This document shows positions 15,207 through 15,345 of a stretch of 15,345 nt of DNA, piece by piece; within the stretch, counting starts at the first letter, position 1; each line of letters begins with the position of its first letter. Origin of the DNA: Bdellovibrionota bacterium (GTDB taxonomy: Bacteria; Bdellovibrionota; UBA1018; UBA923); assembly GCA_040754655.1 (NCBI GenBank), contig JBFMCE010000093.1:1-15345 (forward strand). The letters are read 5' to 3'. The notes under the pieces were generated by a model. The model was given only the letters and a program-made list of their open reading frames with translations. It did not search any database and had not been told where the DNA came from. The position numbers and the translations under genes were made by a program.

Positions 15207-15344
15207 CTAAGGCGCCTTTTGGAGGTACTCGCGGATCCAATGGCGCACTTTTTGTTCGTCCTTAGCAATAGCATTTTCTGTCAATTCAGGTTTTACAAGG
15301 TCAGCGCGACGTATTGGTTGAAGAGCTAGAATCCGGTGTTTTAA
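15207..15344 (-). CDS. C-terminal fragment of a hypothetical protein entering from the right edge
   Basis: The minus-strand frame is open from the edge: LKHRILALQPIRRADLVKPELTENAIAKDEQKVRHWIREYLQKAP*, with TAG at 15209-15207. It is co-oriented with the 680-aa gene. Confidence 0.5.
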   Translation of the reverse strand, partial: LKHRILALQPIRRADLVKPELTENAIAKDEQKVRHWIREYLQKAP

Positions 15345-15345
15345 T

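Overview
Gene-dense bacterial chromosomal window with no RNA genes, CRISPR arrays or mobile elements detected. The core part contains a SpoIID/LytB-family peptidoglycan hydrolase (+) and a translationally coupled folate operon folB - fused folK/folP - folC (-), transcribed divergently from queA and a glyoxalase-II-like MBL hydrolase (+). These are followed by a PEGA-domain lipoprotein and an ATGA-coupled glycosylation operon: GT2, GT4 and a TMTC-like GT-C/TPR membrane protein. The right end holds two convergent orphan genes, both with predicted signal peptides followed by a lone Cys. One has helical repeats plus an atypical PI3/4-kinase/HipA/Fam20-like domain with a Lys-to-Arg change. The other is a 680-aa protein with about five novel helical repeats and a C-terminal sigma70 region 2-3-like module lacking region 4. 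These could be exported effectors acting in another cell; the gene style suggests a Bdellovibrionota-like predator, but that is inference only. Partial ORFs lie at both edges.
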